Of a stretch of 64,000 bases of DNA, positions 59,019 through 64,000 are shown in pieces (position 1 is the first letter of the stretch; each line of letters opens with the position of its first letter). The DNA is taken from positions 8,866,001 through 8,930,000 of the forward strand of contig NC_058368.1 of the NCBI RefSeq assembly GCF_018350175.1, in the 5' to 3' direction. Both the position numbers and the translations under genes were made by a program. The stretch comes from Felis catus (taxonomy: Eukaryota). A model generated the notes under the pieces. That model made no database searches, was not told the DNA's origin, and was given only the letters and a program-made list of their open reading frames with translations.

Positions 59019-60528
59019 CTGCGGGCCGAGAGCAGAGACCGGGAGTGAACAGGGCAGGCAGGGCTCAAGGGCAGAGGGCAGAGCAGCTCTGGGGGAGTCA
59101 CGTGGCCCCGCGGGAAAGTCTCTCCGTGCTGCCGGACCCAGGCCTGCGCCCACAGCAAGCAGCCCTTGTGGGCTCACTTTCTGTATCTGGAGACACACGG
59201 GACTCCTCCACTCCAGCCTGCAAAGGTTTCGGTCTCGCCCCTCCAGGCAGCGAAGGCACGCTCCAAGGGCAGCCTCACACTGGAGCAGTTCCTGAGCAGG
59301 GGGAACAGCCGGGGGGTCCCCGGAGGGGTGCTGGTCCCTCAGCTTCATCCACTGACCACCTAGTTGGTGCCCCGCGGCCACTGGAGGGGACAGGACGGAC
59401 GCTCCAGCAGTCAAACTGTTTCCCACGAGGGTGGGATCTCCAACAGGGGTGGGGGCTGTTCCAACCAGGGCTCCCCAGGCTATTCGTGTGGCCTCCACGG
59501 CCCTGACTGCCTCTGTTTCTCAGCCCATTCCAGGGTCGGGGGCTCCAAAGATCTGTGGTGGGGCCCAGAGATCTGAGCTTCTAACTGGCCACCTGAGGAC
59601 TGGGGCCCATGCCAGGGACGCAAGGAGAGCGGGCCTTAAAGGAAGGGCTCAGCCACCAAAAGCCCCGGAAAGAAGCCAACGGCTTGGAGCACATCCCGGG
59701 AGCTCACGTCTGGGACGCGGGAATGAGCAGCTCCCCCTGAGCCGACTCTCTCCCAGGAAGGCTCTGTGGGGGCATCCGTGGAACCAGCTCAGGCTACACC
59801 GTGCAGACAACGTGGGGCCTGCAGAGCACGACCGTGAGGCGGCAGCCATCTGCCCCTAAGTGTGGTGACGCAGGGCCGAGGGCTTTGGAAGAAAACACAG
59901 GCCTGGAGTCCCTGCTCTTGCCGGGGACGCCGAGGGGAGAGACAAGGCCCGCTCCCCAGGTATCAGTGCCGAGGACGGAGTCTGAGTCCATTTTCCGTAG
60001 TCCCTGGTGTCAGACGCTCAGGGAGGGGGAGGGCCACGGTCAGCCCCCAGCAGGGCCAGCACCCACACGGTCACCCCCAAGCCTCCCGCAGACCCCACCA
60101 ACACGCACAGCCCACGGGGGCCAGTGGGCAGCTACTGGCCGGGCCGGGGGAGGCACGGTCCAGGCCTTCTCGTGTCAGAGGAGGTGAATCGGTGCTTTGT
60201 CAACAGCAGACTCACCGCCTCGCTCTTGTTACCTTCCACTTGCGCCCAATGACATAACTAGTTCAGGCAAGAGCTATTAAAATGAAAAGCATCTGGAGGG
60301 GAGGGGAGGACCCACAATCTACTCGGAGGTCCTTTTTGAGAGAAAACCGCGGACGACGTGTTTTCACTACGTTGTGAAATCTGAAGGGAAGGAGGCTCAA
60401 TGACAAGAGGCACCCAGCCAAGTTGCAGGAAAGAGGACTGAGCAGCACAGCACCGGCTCTGGGGACTGGTGCGGGGGCGGGGGGGCTCTGAGAGACGCCG
60501 TCACAGTGCAATCCAAGATCTCACGTAC

Positions 60529-60637
60529 CTATTAGCATCCACACTGCGAACCGGACCCACGTGCCCTGGTCCAGCTGCATCATGAGATAGACGTTCACAA
60601 AGATACTCAGGACGGGAAGTACGGGCAAGAAAGGCAC
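60529..60637 (-). CDS. SLC7A1: SLC7A1 coding exon (109 nt): [36 protein letters not shown](G)
   Basis: Acceptor atctttgcAG, donor TAG|GTACGT. Conserved CAT C-terminal transmembrane motif; read by hand. Confidence 0.97.
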
Positions 60638-61262
60638 CTGCAAAGATACCAGGTGAGTGTCAAGTCTGCAGGGAGAGGAGCGCGTGGGGACGACGCCTTT
60701 TGAGTCCTTCAGTGAAACTACCTAGGAAACGATAGCGTCCCCGAGATTCGGACGGACTGTGCGATTTACATGGGGAGGAGGGAGTGAGCGTAGCCCAGCC
60801 CACATGCACACACACAGACGTGCCCACACACGGGCAGCGCGGGTGGGAGTCTGGTTCTAAGCTACTAAGTGCTGAAGTGAGCTCTATTCTGATTTCCCCC
60901 CCCTTCCTATTCTCCTGCTAAAGAAAGGGCTAGAAGAGGGACTTCCACTTATCTCCAACAGTGGACTGCTTTATTATTTGTGTCACCTCCAAGGCTTGGT
61001 GATGCCATGCGATCCCGCTGGATCCATGGATGAAAAGCCCCCGCGGAGAGGTGTGCTGTGACCCCTGAGAGGCAGGGCAGGGAAGGGTGCCTTCCTTCAG
61101 GACCGGCCCCCCTCAGCAGGTACTGTCTGCGTCTCATGTTTTCGGAGGCTGGCCGGCAAGCCCCCCCTCCTCAGATACGTGAGCCTGGCAGAGCCCACGG
61201 TCCGTGGCACATGTGTGGGAACCTGCCAGGCGGCTCCCTAGGGGCCCCTTAGAGCTGCTCAC

Positions 61263-61429
61263 CTTAAAGGAGAGCTTGGTCTTGCTCTCAGGCTGCCTCC
61301 AGATGATGATTGTCACCACGGAGCAGAGAAGGGCAGATATGGTGAGCATAAAGATTGCCCACAAGTCCCCTTTTGTCAGCGGCTCCTTTCCAAGCACAGC
61401 CACAATGCAGAAGGTGAGGATTAGAATTG
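61263..61429 (-). CDS. SLC7A1: SLC7A1 coding exon (167 nt): (A)[55 protein letters not shown]
   Basis: Acceptor ccctccttAG, donor AAG|GTGAGC. Two hydrophobic helices and the IWRQP..K.SFK motif. Confidence 0.96.
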
Positions 61430-61439
61430 CTAAGGAGGG

Positions 61440-61441
<2 letters not shown>

Positions 61442-61483
<42 letters not shown>
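61442..61483 (-). repeat. (CT)n microsatellite within the SLC7A1 acceptor pyrimidine tract
   Basis: (GA)n on +, ending about 10 nt from the acceptor AG. Confidence 0.95.
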
Positions 61484-61485
<2 letters not shown>

Positions 61486-61707
61486 CACAATTCAATCTTG
61501 TTTCAAAACCCCACAGATATCCTCAGTTTTCCCCAAAACCTATGGAGAGGGAGGCTGTACTTCTGCAGCCATCAACCACCATCGCGGTCCAGCAGCAAGA
61601 CACAGGCTTATCCTTTCCTGCACTTGCCTCCACCACCAGCGACAAGAAACCATACAATGCCAACGAGCAAGACCCCAAACACCTTACAGGGAAGGGCAGG
61701 CTCTTAC

Positions 61708-61925
61708 CTATGAGGCTGGTTGAAATGTTCACAATTAGCCCGGAGAATTTGGAAGGCTCCATATTTCTGGGTGAAAGTATGGTTTTCAAAGAAAACCTTT
61801 CTGCTTCTGGTAAAAAGCCTGTCTGGGAATCACTGGTGCTCACCAATTCATTCTGGTCCACGTGATCTAGTTCATCGGTGGTTCTGGCCATCTGGTATAC
61901 CATGTTAGGCTGCTCTGGCTGATAC
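61708..61925 (-). CDS. SLC7A1: SLC7A1 coding exon (218 nt): (R)[72 protein letters not shown](A)
   Basis: Acceptor tttctttacAG, donor TAG|GTAAGA. The cytosolic loop sequence matches recalled CAT-1 rather than CAT-2 or CAT-3. Confidence 0.96.
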
Positions 61926-63620
61926 CTGTAAAGAAACGCGGTGCATGACCACCAAAATGTGCTTTAAAAGGGCAGGAGGACACACACTAACTCAAGTCCT
62001 AAGTTACCCAGGACACAAAGCATAAAATGGGAAGAAGATGGTCAGGATGATGCATTCTCTGACAAAGCAGATCCAGAGGAGGGGAGCTGAGTCCCCGCCT
62101 TCTGTTCCCGCTTCTGGGCAACACCCTCCTTGGCGTCTCGGATATGAGACAATTTGACCTCCCCCGTGAACCAGCCCAGAGGAATGTCCTGACATGGCTT
62201 CTCTTGCTCTGAGAAGTAGCACTGGCCCTTGGATGCTTAAGATATTAGGCCACTTCCAACAGAACCATGGCTGAAGGGGACTAAAAATACAAACGGAAAT
62301 AGAACGCAGTAACATTAGGATCCTACTTGGTCTAGAGAGCCAGAGAAACGTGTCTGCACGCTGACGGATTTGAGAAATTCTGTTTGTGAGACCTAATTGG
62401 ATCAATTTATTTTAAAACTCCAAATGCCTTAGAATAAATAACTTTATACAGCTGGCTAAAGGACTGAGCCTGTGGCCTGATTTCCAAGACACAAGCTTCC
62501 TGCAAGTAAAGCATTCATATTAAATGAGGCTCCTTATCTTCCACCCAAAACAACAGAGCTCAAATCGTTTCTACCAGCTGTGAAAAACAAGAGTGCTTGA
62601 GGAATTATTTTGCATATAATGTAAGAGTGAACATAAAGATACTTAACCAGTTTTTCACTGATTCACTTATGTTAACACCAGTCAATTAAGAATGTGAGGG
62701 GACCTCGGAAAAGACGCCAGTGTTGAGCCCTTAGGAAGGAATAAGTGGTCAGAAAACTAGCAAACTAGTTTTAGCTGATTCTACACAGCCGCTACTGAGG
62801 CTCAACTGAGGCCTGACATACATTAGATGCTAAGCACGTTAGAAACGGAATTAACGATCTTGCAAGTATTCCAGGTGACCACCATTGAGAGTCTCCATGA
62901 CTCCATATTCCCATGCTAAGTGCTCCCTTAAGCCACTCCTGGTAGTGAGGAAGTAGAGCCCTGTCCTTTCAGAGCAAGGAAGATTGGAGCCCGGGGGAGG
63001 GGGGGGCGGTGCTCTGGGAGCAGGGCACTGCAGCAGCTGGGAAGGGGACACCAAGCCCAGGCCCAGAGCGGCTTTATTATGGCCATCCCTGGGGCTGGTC
63101 TGGACCACACAAGGCTAAAGCAGCCAGAACCTGGAGGTCTTATTGAACGTCATCAACCTTGGCTGCTCCACGCCCTACACAGCAGCTCACTCCTCCAGTG
63201 GTGGTGCAATGCTGCTGGAGAAGCACCACACTGACCTCAGTTTCACACAACTTGGATTCCTCCAGTTCCCACCAAGACTAGTCCCCCGTGCCAGTGCCCT
63301 CCGAACTGAGAACCTGGACCGAACCGAAACCATTACCCTAAGCCTTCAAAAACTCTGTTCCCTGGATCCAGGCCCAACAGTTGGGCCGAGAACCTGTCTC
63401 TATCCTCCCAATACCTCACCAGAAAAATGAGGGCATGTAGTAGTGAGAGGCGGGTCCCCTGACTCTTCCTCTTCAACGACGTTCTCTGTAACTAGGCTCT
63501 CAGCCACCAAATCCCACCCTCTCCAGGAGAGTTCCCAAAGGAGCTATCAACAACCTAAAATTTACACTGTATAAACCATTAACTTGATCTTTTAAAAGGC
63601 TAACAGGGGGCACCTTTCTA

Positions 63621-63800
<180 letters not shown>

Positions 63801-64000
63801 TTACAGCCAGAACCACCACCCATCCGTGATCCAGGCCACACAGGGGATGTTGCTTTTACTTGCTTTCTCACCCCAGCCCTTCCCATGCAAAGACATGGTG
63901 ATATTGCTTAAAAGGAAGAAAAGCTCAGAATTAAATCATACACACAGTCCTCAGCAGACGGTAATAATAATTAACATTTATATAGAGAGTACTTTGATCA

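Overview
This is eukaryotic (mammalian) genomic DNA, almost certainly from a cat-like carnivore: about 20 tRNA-derived CAN-SINEs, several of the felid SINEC_Fc type, plus a carnivore L1 3' end. It holds the 3' ends of two convergent genes. On the + strand are the last seven coding exons of MTUS2 (CAZIP/TIP150; 926 coding nt, about 308 C-terminal coiled-coil residues, stop at 47913-47915) and a ~2.65 kb 3' UTR with ATTAAA at 50556. On the - strand are the last five coding exons of SLC7A1 (CAT-1; 701 coding nt, about 233 residues, stop at 58915-58917) and a ~4.9 kb 3' UTR with AATAAA at 53990-53995. Every intron boundary seen is GT-AG and the phases are consistent. Bases 1-26144 are a repeat-rich MTUS2 intron. 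The last MTUS2 intron carries a ~2.1 kb decayed Tigger1 transposon. A ~3.4 kb gap between the two poly(A) sites contains a CpG island, a near-consensus CTCF motif and many long G/C homopolymers. I found no convincing new multi-gene system, and nearly all ORFs in the supplied track are spurious. The points worth following up are regulatory or evolutionary: the orphan CpG island/CTCF/G-tract module, miR-122 and AU-rich elements in the CAT-1 UTR, a SINE whose target duplication overlaps a splice donor, a reconstituted AG|GT junction, a GC-shifted patch in Tigger1, and inverted SINEs around in-frame exon blocks. Repeat family names come from recalled consensus sequences and their boundaries are approximate.
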